Source: an uncultured bacterium
GTDB taxonomy: Bacteria; Chloroflexota; UBA5177; JANWHV01
Reading direction: 5' to 3'
Length of the DNA: 64,000 nt
NCBI GenBank assembly: GCA_963729625.1
Contig: CAVSOU010000010.1
Location: forward strand, 1,280,001-1,344,000
Below the pieces are notes generated by a model. It was given only the letters and a program-made list of their open reading frames with translations, had not been told where the DNA came from and made no database searches. Positions 31,439-41,220 of this stretch are shown here, piece by piece (the first letter of the stretch is position 1; each line of letters begins with the position of its first letter). Position numbers and translations under genes: made by a program.

Positions 31439-32641
31439 CTACGGATAGGCGGCGGTCCCATCTGGCGTGCGCGTCTGAGTCCATTCGATCCGCTCATTCG
31501 TGCAAGGATAGCGAGCCGCTTGCTGCTCGTCGAGATCGATGCCCAGGCCAGGTCGGTCCGTTGGATACATGTATCCCGCCCGGACCTGCGGGCAGCCAGG
31601 GAAGACGACCTGCTCCTCCTCGGAAAATCCGGACCACTCTTGCACGCCGAAGTTGGGGCTGGACAGGTCGAGGTGAAGGTTCGCCGCGTGGCCCACCGGC
31701 GACACGTCCGCTGGACCATGCCAGGCGGTGCGCACGCCGAACGTCTCGCACAGGGCAGCCAGCTTGCGCGCCGGCGTCAGCCCGCCGATGGCGCTGATGT
31801 GCACCCGGATAAAGTCGATCAGACGGCCACTGATCAGCGGAATCCACTCCGCCGGGTTGACGAACAGCTCACCCATGGCGATGGGGACGGCACATTGCCG
31901 GCGGATGGCCTGGAACCATTCGTTCTGCTCAGGCGGCAACGGATCCTCGAGAAAGAACAAGCGATAGGGCTCCAGCGCCTTGGCAAGTCGCACGGCGTCG
32001 ATGGGCACGAGGCGTTCATGGACGTCGTGCAGCAGTTCGACGTCCGCGCCGACCTTGGCGCGCACGTGCTCAAAGAGGTGCGGCACGCTGCGGGCATAGC
32101 TCTGCGGATCGAAATAAGCGCCCGGTACCGCGCCTTCGGGCGAGCGGCGTGTCGGTGCCAACCCCCCGTAGCCGCCCATCTGGCAACGAACGTACTGATA
32201 GCCGTCGTCCAGGTAGGCCTGGACCTGTTCCACAACCTCACAAGGATCGCGTCCATCGGCATGGCGGTACACGGCAGCCCCGTCGCGGCACTTGCCGCCG
32301 AACAGCTCGTACAGTGGCAAACCGGCCAGTTTGCCTTTGATATCCCACAGCGCCATGTCCACACCGGAGATGGCGTTGTTGAGCACCGGGCCATTGCGCC
32401 AGTACGAGTTGACGTGCATGGTCTGCCAGGTATCCTCAACCCGCCGCGGATCGCGACCGATGAGCAGAGGGGCGAGGTGGTCGTCGAGGGCCGTGCGCAC
32501 GGCAAGATAGCGCTGGGTGAATGTGGCGCATCCCAAGCCGTAGAGGCCTGGCTCCGAAGTCTCAACTTTCACGACGACGAGGGCGATGCCACGGGGCGCA
32601 GTCAGGATCGACCGCACGGCGCGGATGATGAGCTCAGCCAT
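31439..32641 (-). CDS. Enolase-superfamily acid-sugar dehydratase, ManD/RspA subgroup
   Basis: YWRNGPV, DMALWDIKGK, LLHDVHER, FFLEDP, MGELF, WHGPADVSPVG. GGAGG RBS before ATG 32641. Confidence 0.88.
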   Translation of the reverse strand: MAELIIRAVRSILTAPRGIALVVVKVETSEPGLYGLGCATFTQRYLAVRTALDDHLAPLLIGRDPRRVEDTWQTMHVNSYWRNGPVLNNAISGVDMALWDIKGKLAGLPLYELFGGKCRDGAAVYRHADGRDPCEVVEQVQAYLDDGYQYVRCQMGGYGGLAPTRRSPEGAVPGAYFDPQSYARSVPHLFEHVRAKVGADVELLHDVHERLVPIDAVRLAKALEPYRLFFLEDPLPPEQNEWFQAIRRQCAVPIAMGELFVNPAEWIPLISGRLIDFIRVHISAIGGLTPARKLAALCETFGVRTAWHGPADVSPVGHAANLHLDLSSPNFGVQEWSGFSEEEQVVFPGCPQVRAGYMYPTDRPGLGIDLDEQQAARYPCTNERIEWTQTRTPDGTAAYP

Positions 32642-32774
32642 CAGTACCTCCAATTTGGTCAGATACATGTGCGTGCGTAACGCTGCCCTTGTCCGTGTTC
32701 TCGGTGCTCGGCAACCGGCCATCCCGTGCGTTGCCCTCCCGCCCGCTTGGCTGGATCGCGAGCACATCCGGCCG

Positions 32775-33155
32775 GTGGTATGCCGGGCTATAGTCCAGCA
32801 CCGCGCGGGCCCGCGTGCCGTCGAGCAGCGACCACCGGCCCGTGGTGGCCCTCTCTACCGAGAACTGCGCGCTCCGCGGCACGTTTGGGAAGTAGCGTTC
32901 CACCAGGGTATCTTTCGGCAGGTCCGACGTGGTGTCGGCGGAACATCGAATTCGAGCGCCCAACGCGCCGCCTCTTCCCACCTACCTCTATGCGGAATGA
33001 TCGCATACTCGGCCGTGCACGGTCCAACAAACTGGGCGCCGGGCACCGGGCAGACCCCATTATCCCGGAGCGGACTCTCCGCCTGCAGCGGCTCCGGGTC
33101 CGTCACGCCCAGGGCCGTCCCGGCCAGCTTGCCGCCTTGCAGCGCTGCAATCGGC
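32775..33155 (-). pseudogene. Mosaic of three short gene remnants (D-2-hydroxyacid dehydrogenase, GH38-like, NAD-dependent epimerase)
   Basis: IAALQGGKLAGTALGVTDPEPLQAESPL, PGAQFVGPCTAEYAIIPHRGRWEEA and SADTTSDLPKDTLVERYFPNVP...SLLDGTRARAVLDYSP. Confidence 0.55.
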
Positions 33156-33492
33156 ATGCGCGTCGTATCTATTCCTGTGGTTTCACCGCTCGGGCAGCAG
33201 AGATCGTCATCCAAGTGTCATATTGGCGTCAGCCTCGTGTCATCTAGGAGTTGTACGGTGAGGATGCGCGGGCTGCAGTCGGTCCCTCACCCAGTGCAGT
33301 GGGACGCGCGCCGGAACTCTGACAAGGCAACCAGGGCGTTCTGACGTGTGCCTCGGAATGCTTTGTCCGCTCTCGCCGACTGGCCAGCACGGCAGGCATG
33401 TGCAGCGGGCTCTGCTCGCAAGAGCGATCGCGGTTCCGGCGGGAAGGATCATCGTGCAGCACCATGTTTCCCGTGTGAAAGGAGCCCTACCT

Positions 33493-35067
33493 ATGCATCG
33501 ACCCACGTCCCTGGCTCTGACTGCGTTGCTTACCCTGGCGCTGGCCGCGCCTGCGGTGCTCCTACCGGCGCGCGCCGGTGCCGCGTCGCAGAACGCGGGC
33601 GGCGACTGGCGACGCGGCTACCCCGGCCTGACCGGTACCCTCGTCGCCACCCCCCAGAATATGCTCCCGGCGACTCTCTTCCTGCAGGTCGGCGGCACGA
33701 CCATTCCCGTGGTGATCACCGCGGCCACCGCGGTGAGCGACGCCAACGGTAACTCGCTCAGCCTGACCGCGATGGTGGATGGCGACACCCTGCGGATTGA
33801 TGGACCCACCGACCAGAGCGGCCAGGTGGATGCCACCCTCGTCCAGGACCTGTCCCAACCCACCTCGAGTCCGACAGCGGTCCCGAGCACCTACCAGGCC
33901 TCGGGCACGCTTGCCGCAGCCTACCCGAACCTGCTGTGCCTGCAGAATGCCAGTGTGGCCGGAGGCGCAATCGCGCCGAACGCCGCGGTCGCCTCGCCCT
34001 GTCCGAGCAACGACCTCTCGGTCTACGTGACCAGCACCACGAGTATCGAGAACGCCTCAGGCGCCGGCATCGCCGTGACCTCGTTGGCATTCAACGATAG
34101 CCTGACGGCGACGGGCAGTCTGGTCAGCGGCCTGTTCACCGCCTCGCTGGTGCTAGATCTCACGCAGTCCGTGACCACTGTGCCGACCCTCACCTACCAG
34201 GTGAGCGGCACCCTGGCCGTGGCCTACAGCAGCGTGCTCTGCCTGCAGAACGCCAACGTTTCTTCCGGCACGCTCAGTCCCAACGCCCTGGTCAGCAGTC
34301 CGTGTCCCAGCAACGAGCTGGCCGTGTACCTGACCAGCGCGACAAGCTTTGTGAACGCCGGCGATACCGCGATCACCGCCAGCGGTCTCAACGTGAACGA
34401 CAGCCTGGCGGCAACGGGCACGCTGAGCAACGGCCAGTTTACTGCCTCGCAAGTGCAGGACCTCACGCTAGTGACTCCGACACCGACCGCGACGCCCGCG
34501 CTCTCCACCAGCTATCAGGTGACCGGTGCGGTTGCCACGAACTACGGCAGCATCCTGTGCCTGCAGAACGTGAGCGTTACCGGCAGCACCATCAGTCCCA
34601 ATGCGGTGATCAACGGTCCCTGTCCAAGCAACGATCTCGCCGTCTACGTGACCGGCAGCACAAGCGTGGTGAATGCCAGCAATACGGGACTGGCTGCCAC
34701 CGCGGTGTCCGTGAATGACACCGTGATGGCAACGGGCACGGTAAGCAACGGCCAGTTCGTCGCGACGCTGGTGCAGGACGTCACGCAGTCGACCACGGTC
34801 AACCAGTCCAGCTCGCTCACGCTCGTCGGCACGGTGCAGTCCTACAACTTCACCGGACGCAACCACAGCATCACAATCCGTGTGTCGCAGGGTGCGATGC
34901 GCGGCACATACACGATCAGTGTGCAGGGCAGCGCGCAGGTCTTGGCCCGCAGCGGCAGCCACACCAAATACACAGCGCTGCGCAAAGGGCAAACAGTGAC
35001 CTTTACCGCCCCCTATGCCGCACACGGGCACCGCTGGGGTGCGATCACACGCATCCAGATTCACTAG
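33493..35067 (+). CDS. Secreted protein (~524 aa) with DUF5666-like/OB-fold repeats
   Basis: AAAGGAG RBS and signal peptide. Three ~100-aa repeats YQVSG.LA..Y..LCLQN...PCPSNDL.VY.T..T...L..ND.L.ATG....G.F.A..V.D. Confidence 0.78.
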   Translation: MHRPTSLALTALLTLALAAPAVLLPARAGAASQNAGGDWRRGYPGLTGTLVATPQNMLPATLFLQVGGTTIPVVITAATAVSDANGNSLSLTAMVDGDTLRIDGPTDQSGQVDATLVQDLSQPTSSPTAVPSTYQASGTLAAAYPNLLCLQNASVAGGAIAPNAAVASPCPSNDLSVYVTSTTSIENASGAGIAVTSLAFNDSLTATGSLVSGLFTASLVLDLTQSVTTVPTLTYQVSGTLAVAYSSVLCLQNANVSSGTLSPNALVSSPCPSNELAVYLTSATSFVNAGDTAITASGLNVNDSLAATGTLSNGQFTASQVQDLTLVTPTPTATPALSTSYQVTGAVATNYGSILCLQNVSVTGSTISPNAVINGPCPSNDLAVYVTGSTSVVNASNTGLAATAVSVNDTVMATGTVSNGQFVATLVQDVTQSTTVNQSSSLTLVGTVQSYNFTGRNHSITIRVSQGAMRGTYTISVQGSAQVLARSGSHTKYTALRKGQTVTFTAPYAAHGHRWGAITRIQIH

Positions 35068-35094
35068 ACCGCGCGCAGTTGCCTTGGTAGCCAC

Positions 35095-35161
35095 GCAGCG
35101 AGGCCCCTCATCCGGTTGCACGCGTCCACGATGGACGGCAGCGGATGAGGGACCTCGCTGC
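35095..35161. terminator. Long GC-rich hairpin between convergent genes
   Basis: GCAGCGAGGCCCCTCATCCG (35095-35114) pairs with CGGATGAGGGACCTCGCTGC (35142-35161) at 19/20, with an inner CGTCCA/TGGACG stem. No U-tract. Confidence 0.55.
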
Positions 35162-35234
35162 AGAGGAGTTGCCATGAGTCTGTTCTGAGCGTGGGACGCG
35201 TGCTTTGCCGGCCGCGGAGGACCACGTGAACGTA

Positions 35235-36128
35235 TTATTCATCTCGCGTGCCTACACCCCGGTCATGACTCGACGTGCCGAAATCTCGGGCACTGAGGTC
35301 GAACGTGCTGCCCTCCGTGCTGGCCACCATTGCGAAGGGCGGCCTGGTCCGAGCGACAGCCGAGGCGATCATCCGGTCGAGTTCTCCGTCGCTATGCGCC
35401 GGGTCGTGATGGAACGGCATCAAGTACTTCACCCTTGCCAGCGCCGCGAAGGCAAAGGCGTCCTGCATCGCACTGTGTCCCCAGCCAATTCGGTCGGCAT
35501 ACTCGCGCTCGGTGTACTGAGCATCGTGGATGAGCAGGTCGGCCTCTACCGCGAGATCGTAGCCCGACGTCCACTCGCCGCCCAGGTATCCTGCGCGCAA
35601 GCCCAGAGCCGGCTCATGGTCGGGCAGGTAGGCGAGCGCTGTACCCCCCTCCGTGATCCGATAGCCAACCGTCACATTTGGATGGCAGACCACCTGAGCA
35701 TCGACACAGAAGGGCCCGATCGCGATCTCGTCGCAGGGCACTTCGTGGATCTGCAGTTCGCACGGTAGGTCCCGCAGATGCACCGGGAAGAGCGGTGGCG
35801 ACAGATAGCGTGCCAGGCGGGCGCCCAGGCTTTGCGTCGTGCTGGCCGGGCCCCACAGGTGCACGGCAACGCGCGGGTCGAACAGGGGCGCGAAGAAACC
35901 CAATCCCTGGATGTGGTCCATGTGCAAGTGCGTGAGCAGCAGATCCACGCGACGCACCGATCCAGCCAGCGTGGCTCCAAGCCGACGGATACCCGAGCCC
36001 GCGTCCAGAATCAGCACTGTGTCATCGGATCCCCGTACCTCCACGCAGGAGGTATTGCCGCCGTAGCGCACCGTCTCCGGACCAGGGGTTGGCAGTGAGC
36101 CTCGAGTGCCCCAGAGCGTGACCTTCAT
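35235..36128 (-). CDS. MBL-fold metallo-hydrolase (putative cyclic-nucleotide phosphodiesterase)
   Basis: WGTRGSLPTPG, YGGNTSC, LDAGSG, THLHMDHIQG, HDAQY, WGHS, FHHDP. Confidence 0.88.
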   Translation of the reverse strand: MKVTLWGTRGSLPTPGPETVRYGGNTSCVEVRGSDDTVLILDAGSGIRRLGATLAGSVRRVDLLLTHLHMDHIQGLGFFAPLFDPRVAVHLWGPASTTQSLGARLARYLSPPLFPVHLRDLPCELQIHEVPCDEIAIGPFCVDAQVVCHPNVTVGYRITEGGTALAYLPDHEPALGLRAGYLGGEWTSGYDLAVEADLLIHDAQYTEREYADRIGWGHSAMQDAFAFAALARVKYLMPFHHDPAHSDGELDRMIASAVARTRPPFAMVASTEGSTFDLSARDFGTSSHDRGVGTRDE

Positions 36129-36520
36129 GGTACCGGCGCCGTCCAGAACAGAGCGACGGCGCCCAGGCATCGACCCGCCACGCCGACGAGTGGAAAGGCG
36201 GTAACCTCCACGTGCCTGGTCACGTGGTCCAGACCGCAGATGCACATTCGGCTGTGAACAGGCCGGTTGTTTGCGATGGCGACCAGCAGCGGCAGCGCCT
36301 CGGGCGAGAGGGCCTCCCCCGTCTCGTCGGTCGGCGCGAAAATGGCCGTCCACTCGGCGGCGGGCATCTCGCCCGTCTCGTCGAAACGCTTGGCAAAGAT
36401 AGCCTCTGCCGGTTCGTTGAAGTAGAGCAGTGTCCCAGCAGGATCTACGATAAGGATCGGCATTGCTAGGTAGCTCGCCAGCTGCCTGGTTAGGATGAGC
36501 TCGATCTCCTTCTGCGACAT
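36125..36520 (-). CDS. Stand-alone PAS domain protein
   Basis: PILIVDPAGTLLYFNEPAEAIF and VTAFPL...GAVALF. ATGA overlap with the hydrolase. Confidence 0.82.
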   Translation of the reverse strand: MSQKEIELILTRQLASYLAMPILIVDPAGTLLYFNEPAEAIFAKRFDETGEMPAAEWTAIFAPTDETGEALSPEALPLLVAIANNRPVHSRMCICGLDHVTRHVEVTAFPLVGVAGRCLGAVALFWTAPVP

Positions 36521-36982
36521 TCCGGTTCTCCCCGCTATCCCAACCCTTTCGGCTCCTCGGTCGCTCTCGCGGCGACGCGCGACAGGTGTGGCGCCTCGCG
36601 GCTATGTTGGCCCTGCACCGACCGCACTTCCGGGATGAAACCGGAATCCCCGGCACCCACCCACTCGCCAACTGCGCCTCTTGCCCTAAGCGTACCAGAG
36701 GCAAGTGGTCAGCAGCGCTATCCTGCAAGCGATCCAGATCCTGGTGTCCCGTCGTGCTCAACAGTTTACCATGCCCAAGAGTGACGACTCAGTCGCCGGG
36801 CTGCGCAGACGGGATGCGTGCCTACCTGGGCCGTAGGCGTGACGCGCACCCGATAGCATGTCGGCAGTCGCTACTCGGCTCCATCCAGCGCCCGCAGGCG
36901 CTCGTGGGACACTGCAATGAGGCAGATGGCTCGCAGGAACAGCACAAGACCGCTGGTCTGACTACGCTGCGATTACGAGCTA

Positions 36983-37465
36983 TCACCCACGTGTGACGGG
37001 AGCACTCGTCAGGATAGGGTGCGCTATTCGAGAAGCATCCACGTCATACAGCAGTTCCCATGCCGGTTGCCATTTGCCATGCGAGAGCACCTGTATCACA
37101 ATTCTTGTCCGCCCTGCCATGGGGAAGATGACCATGCCGCTGTAGGTGTCGCCACCGGCAGGTTGGGCGTCGAACGCGGTCTGGCCCATACCCGGCATCG
37201 ATGGCATGTCCATCAGGTATTGCACGCGCAGCCCTGCGCGCAACCGAACGCTGAGCACGTCTGGTGCGTTGCTCGGCTGCGAGAGGTCGACCGTCGCCGG
37301 CTCAAACTCTGTGCGATGCTCTAGGCTCGGCCGCAGGGCCACCGAGGGCGACGCACGGCGCGCAGTGCCGGTTTCCGGTTGCCCGTGACGCCAGCGATAC
37401 GCTGGCAGCGCCAGCGCGCACGCCAGCACAAGCAACAACACCGCCTTGTACGCAACCCGTGGCAT
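36983..37465 (-). CDS. Exported YtkA/FixH-like Ig-fold protein with Met-rich motif
   Basis: N-terminal TM, LMDMPSMPGMG, GDTYSG...FPMAGR. Start may be 37465 or 37507. Confidence 0.6.
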   Translation of the reverse strand: MPRVAYKAVLLLVLACALALPAYRWRHGQPETGTARRASPSVALRPSLEHRTEFEPATVDLSQPSNAPDVLSVRLRAGLRVQYLMDMPSMPGMGQTAFDAQPAGGDTYSGMVIFPMAGRTRIVIQVLSHGKWQPAWELLYDVDASRIAHPILTSAPVTRG

Positions 37466-37516
37466 ACGAAGCGCTCCTCTTCGGCCAAGCTCCAGCATCA
37501 CCGGCACAGCCGAGCC

Positions 37517-39826
37517 TCACCGCTCCGCCGACGTGCCGTAGATGTCCGTGGTCGCAGTGACCGCTCCTTGACTAGTATAGCCCCCGATCTGCAGTACCCT
37601 CCCCCCGCGCAGCAGCGCGGCGCCTTGCTCTGCGCGGAGGACCCGCATCGAACGAACAGAAGACCAGCGATGGCTCGCAGGATCGTAGATGTCGACGCTA
37701 CTGGTTCCTGATTCCAGACTTGCCTGGGCATCTTTCCCTGTGCTACCTCCGGCCACTAGCACGTCGCCGTTCGGCAGCAAGGTTGCCGTGTGCCGCGAGT
37801 GCGGATGCGGCATAGTGCCAGCAGAAGTCCAGGTGTTTGTCCGCGGGTCGAAGATCTCAGCCGTGTCCAGCAACGACGTAAACGCATGCTCGCCCCCAGC
37901 CACCAGGACCATATGATTAGGGAGCAACGTCGCGGTATGTCGGTACCGTACAGTGGACATTGGACCCGTTGCTTTCCAGCGGTTGCTCGCCGGATCGTAG
38001 ACCTCCGCGCTGGCGCTCCCGCCCCCGGCTACCAGCACCGTGCCGTTCGCGAGCAGCGTGGCCGTGGCATCCCATCGCGCGGTGCTCATGGGCGGGGCCG
38101 GAGCCCAGTCACCTTTCCGGGGATCGTAGATCTCAGTCGATCTGACAGGGGCCGTGTCGGTTGTCTCGCCCCCTGCTACGAGCACGGTGCCGTTCGGCAG
38201 CAGTGCCGCTACGTGCTCGTCACGCGGTGTGCGCATGCTGCCAGTCACGGTCCAGGTGCCGACCCGGGGGTCGTAGATTTCGGCATCCGCGAGATAGCTC
38301 TCCGAATCAGTGCCTCCTGCGACCAGCACTCGGCCGTTCAGCAATATGGTGGCGGTGAAATACTCGCGCGCAATGTGCATGCTTCCGGTGACTGTCCAGC
38401 GACCAGTTGAGGGGTCGTAAAGCTCGGCATCTGACAGTGGGCCATCTGCCCCCGATCCGCCCATGACGAGGATCCGGCCATCGCGCAACGTCACCGCCCG
38501 CGCGACACCCCGCGCGGTATGCATGGCTCGGCCCATGCGCCAGGTGCCTGGGAGGGACAGCAATGAAGCGGTTGGCATCGGCGTCTGCACAACCTTCGCC
38601 TCGGTGGGTGCCATGGTCGCGGTTGCGGATACCAGGACTGCTGCCGTCGAAGCCGGTGCGGCAACGTTTGTCGCGGCGACAAGGCTTGACGTGCCGTGGC
38701 TTCCGCTGTAACGCGTCAGCGCCACGACCCCGGCGAGCAGTACCAATACCGCGCCGCCTGCTATGGCGAGCAGCATCGGATTGAATACAGATCTCCCTCG
38801 CCGAGGAGCGCCCAAATTGGGCGATAGGGCGGTGGTGGTGCCGTGCGCCTCAGGGCCTGCATCGGCGTCCGGGGCGGCAACTTCCGCTGCCACGGGCGCC
38901 GATGCGGCTGCGGTAATGGTCGCCGCTGCCTCAAGTGTGCCTGTCGTGGCTGGCGGTACGGTCGCATGAGCGGGTTGATTTCCGACTCCGTCCTGGCGCA
39001 AAGCTGCGGCCAGTGCCGCGACGAAGTCAGCGGCCCAGCGATAGCGCTCGGCGGGGTCCTTAGCCAGCGCCTTATGAAACACCTCATCGACGGCGCCCGG
39101 CAACTTCGGGTTGAGCGTGCGCGGTGAAGGTAGCGGCTGCAGCACGTGGGCGATAAGGACTGCAGCCGGCGATTCACCCGTATATGGCACCCTACCAGCG
39201 AGCAATTCGTACGCAATTACAGCCACGGCATAGCGGTCGGTTGCGGGCGCAAGCTGCGCCCCGTTCGCGATCTCCGGCGCCATGTATGCCGGCGTTCCAA
39301 TCATTAGCCCGCCTGTGTCCCCCAGCTCCGACATGGGCTTGCCATTCGTTGCCAGTCCCAGCAGGCCCGAATCCGCAAGCACAGGTAAGCCGTTGCGGGT
39401 CAGCATGATGTTCGACGGTTTGATGTCGCCATGCACGACACCTCGCGCATTAACATAATCAAGGGCGGCAGCGACCGGCTCGAGCATGCTTACGACCTCA
39501 GTGGCGTCCAGCAACGTGCCCCCGAGATTGGCGAGAGTTTGGCCTTCGGTCAACTCCATGACCAGATAGGCAATCCCATCCTGTTCGCCATAGTCGATCA
39601 CCGGCACAATGTTCCTGTGGCGCAGCGAGGCGATAGCTTTCGCATCCCGCTGAAAGCGTTCGTGGAAACCCTCATGCGTGGTGCATGCAGGCGGCAGGAC
39701 CCTTATCGCCACCAGGTGCCCAAGGCTGGATTGGGACGCTCTATATACGGTGCCCAGTCTGCCGTGCGCGATTTCGTCGACGATCGAGTAGCCATCGCCG
39801 ATCTTCGTCCCCGGGGACACATCCAT
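37517..39826 (-). CDS. Transmembrane Ser/Thr kinase-like protein (probable pseudokinase) with extracellular Kelch propeller
   Basis: Kinase fold with VAIR, HGDIKPSN, DSG and GTPAYMAPE, then a TM and six ATLL.NG.VLVAGG...AE.YDP....W Kelch repeats. Confidence 0.88.
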   Translation of the reverse strand: MDVSPGTKIGDGYSIVDEIAHGRLGTVYRASQSSLGHLVAIRVLPPACTTHEGFHERFQRDAKAIASLRHRNIVPVIDYGEQDGIAYLVMELTEGQTLANLGGTLLDATEVVSMLEPVAAALDYVNARGVVHGDIKPSNIMLTRNGLPVLADSGLLGLATNGKPMSELGDTGGLMIGTPAYMAPEIANGAQLAPATDRYAVAVIAYELLAGRVPYTGESPAAVLIAHVLQPLPSPRTLNPKLPGAVDEVFHKALAKDPAERYRWAADFVAALAAALRQDGVGNQPAHATVPPATTGTLEAAATITAAASAPVAAEVAAPDADAGPEAHGTTTALSPNLGAPRRGRSVFNPMLLAIAGGAVLVLLAGVVALTRYSGSHGTSSLVAATNVAAPASTAAVLVSATATMAPTEAKVVQTPMPTASLLSLPGTWRMGRAMHTARGVARAVTLRDGRILVMGGSGADGPLSDAELYDPSTGRWTVTGSMHIAREYFTATILLNGRVLVAGGTDSESYLADAEIYDPRVGTWTVTGSMRTPRDEHVAALLPNGTVLVAGGETTDTAPVRSTEIYDPRKGDWAPAPPMSTARWDATATLLANGTVLVAGGGSASAEVYDPASNRWKATGPMSTVRYRHTATLLPNHMVLVAGGEHAFTSLLDTAEIFDPRTNTWTSAGTMPHPHSRHTATLLPNGDVLVAGGSTGKDAQASLESGTSSVDIYDPASHRWSSVRSMRVLRAEQGAALLRGGRVLQIGGYTSQGAVTATTDIYGTSAER

Positions 39827-39878
39827 GAGCGCCCACCTTTAGCTCTCCGAAGCGGTGCACGTGCACATGCGCCAGAGA

Positions 39879-41048
39879 TTAGCTGCCTATTGCGATCAAT
39901 GCACTTTCACCGGTAAGCGGCGTGAACAGTGAGTGATCACGATTCGCCAGCACCACGTACAGCGTATGAATGCCGGTCCTGGGAGTGACCTTGGCCAGGG
40001 CTGTGGCAGCCACATCAATGGTGGAGTTCGAGCTCGTGAGCACGAGGTTCCTGCTTGGATTCGCCTGGTCGACGAAGTCAACATAGACCTGGTAATAACC
40101 GCCGGATTCGGATCCGGGCGCAACGCCCTTGATCTGCAGATGGAGTGTAACCTTGCCGCCGGCGCGAATCGGCGTCGGCAGACCCGGCACCGCCCACTCC
40201 GCCACCTGCAAGGTAGGGCCAAGGCGGATCACAGTCGATGTCAGCACCAGCGGCTTGAGCAGGCTATGATCGTTGTTCGTGAGTGCCACGTAGAGTGCGT
40301 GCGTGCCTGTCGTCACGCCCGCCTTCGCCAGTTGGTCCGCTGTCACGCGGATCGTCGGTGTGGCGCCAGCCTGCAACCAGAACTTAAAGGGCGCATTGGG
40401 ATCGATGCTATCGACGAAGACGTGGTAGTGTCCGTACCCTGGCCGATTGACGTGGGAACCCAGATGCGCGGCGTCAAACAAGAAATGCCGGGGCTGAACG
40501 GCAAAGACAAAGCTACCGTCCGACGCCTCGGCCAGAGGATTGGTAACGCTGCCGATCCCACCGGTGATGGATATCGCCGCTGACTCCTTCGGTACGATGC
40601 TGATAACCGTCGAGGCAATGGCCAGCGGCTTGACCAGGCTATGATCGTTGTTCGCCAGCACAATGAAAAGCACGTGTGTGCCATTGCTCACGCCCGCCCT
40701 TGCCAGTTGGTCCGCAGTCACCCGAATTAGCGGGGCAGCGGCGGCGTTGACGTAGTACTTGAAGACGGAGCTGGGATCGAAGTAGTCCGCGTAAATGTGA
40801 TAGTGGCCGACACCGGGCCGGTTCGTGGAGCCAATATGCTTGGGATCGAGGATGAAGTTCTGGACACGGATAGCAATTTCAAACACGCCGCTCGCATCCG
40901 CCAGTTGCGGATGTGCATTGGTGCCGATTCGCGAGGTGATGGTGATAGTCGCGACGCCAACGCGGCTCCGCTGCGCATGAGCAAGAGTGCCGGCGAACAG
41001 GCTGATCAGAATGCAAAACCCTGCGAGGTAACGTGCCCTGGCAAACAT
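39879..41048 (-). CDS. Secreted protein with three His-motif Ig-like repeats (DUF4399/DUF6130-like)
   Basis: Signal peptide. Repeats GHYH.Y.D...GTH.L...L.NNDHS.L.P, the third degenerate (GYYQVYVD). Confidence 0.72.
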   Translation of the reverse strand: MFARARYLAGFCILISLFAGTLAHAQRSRVGVATITITSRIGTNAHPQLADASGVFEIAIRVQNFILDPKHIGSTNRPGVGHYHIYADYFDPSSVFKYYVNAAAAPLIRVTADQLARAGVSNGTHVLFIVLANNDHSLVKPLAIASTVISIVPKESAAISITGGIGSVTNPLAEASDGSFVFAVQPRHFLFDAAHLGSHVNRPGYGHYHVFVDSIDPNAPFKFWLQAGATPTIRVTADQLAKAGVTTGTHALYVALTNNDHSLLKPLVLTSTVIRLGPTLQVAEWAVPGLPTPIRAGGKVTLHLQIKGVAPGSESGGYYQVYVDFVDQANPSRNLVLTSSNSTIDVAATALAKVTPRTGIHTLYVVLANRDHSLFTPLTGESALIAIGS

Positions 41049-41220
41049 CGCGAACGCCCCTTCCCCTCTTCCATCCGGCCTGACTGTTGCAGCTCAAGTT
41101 ACTCGCAGACAACATCCATGGCGCGTGCCAGCGTGGTCGCTGAGCACGCCTCTCTAAGGGAAGTGTAATCGTTCAGGCCTTAAGAGGTCGGGGCCTGACC
41201 CAATACCACAAGGGAGCCGT

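Noticed and set aside
36129-36761. N-terminal extension of the MBL hydrolase to 508 aa
   Set aside because: It overlaps the PAS gene in another frame. The family-typical start MKVTLWGTRGS is at 36128.
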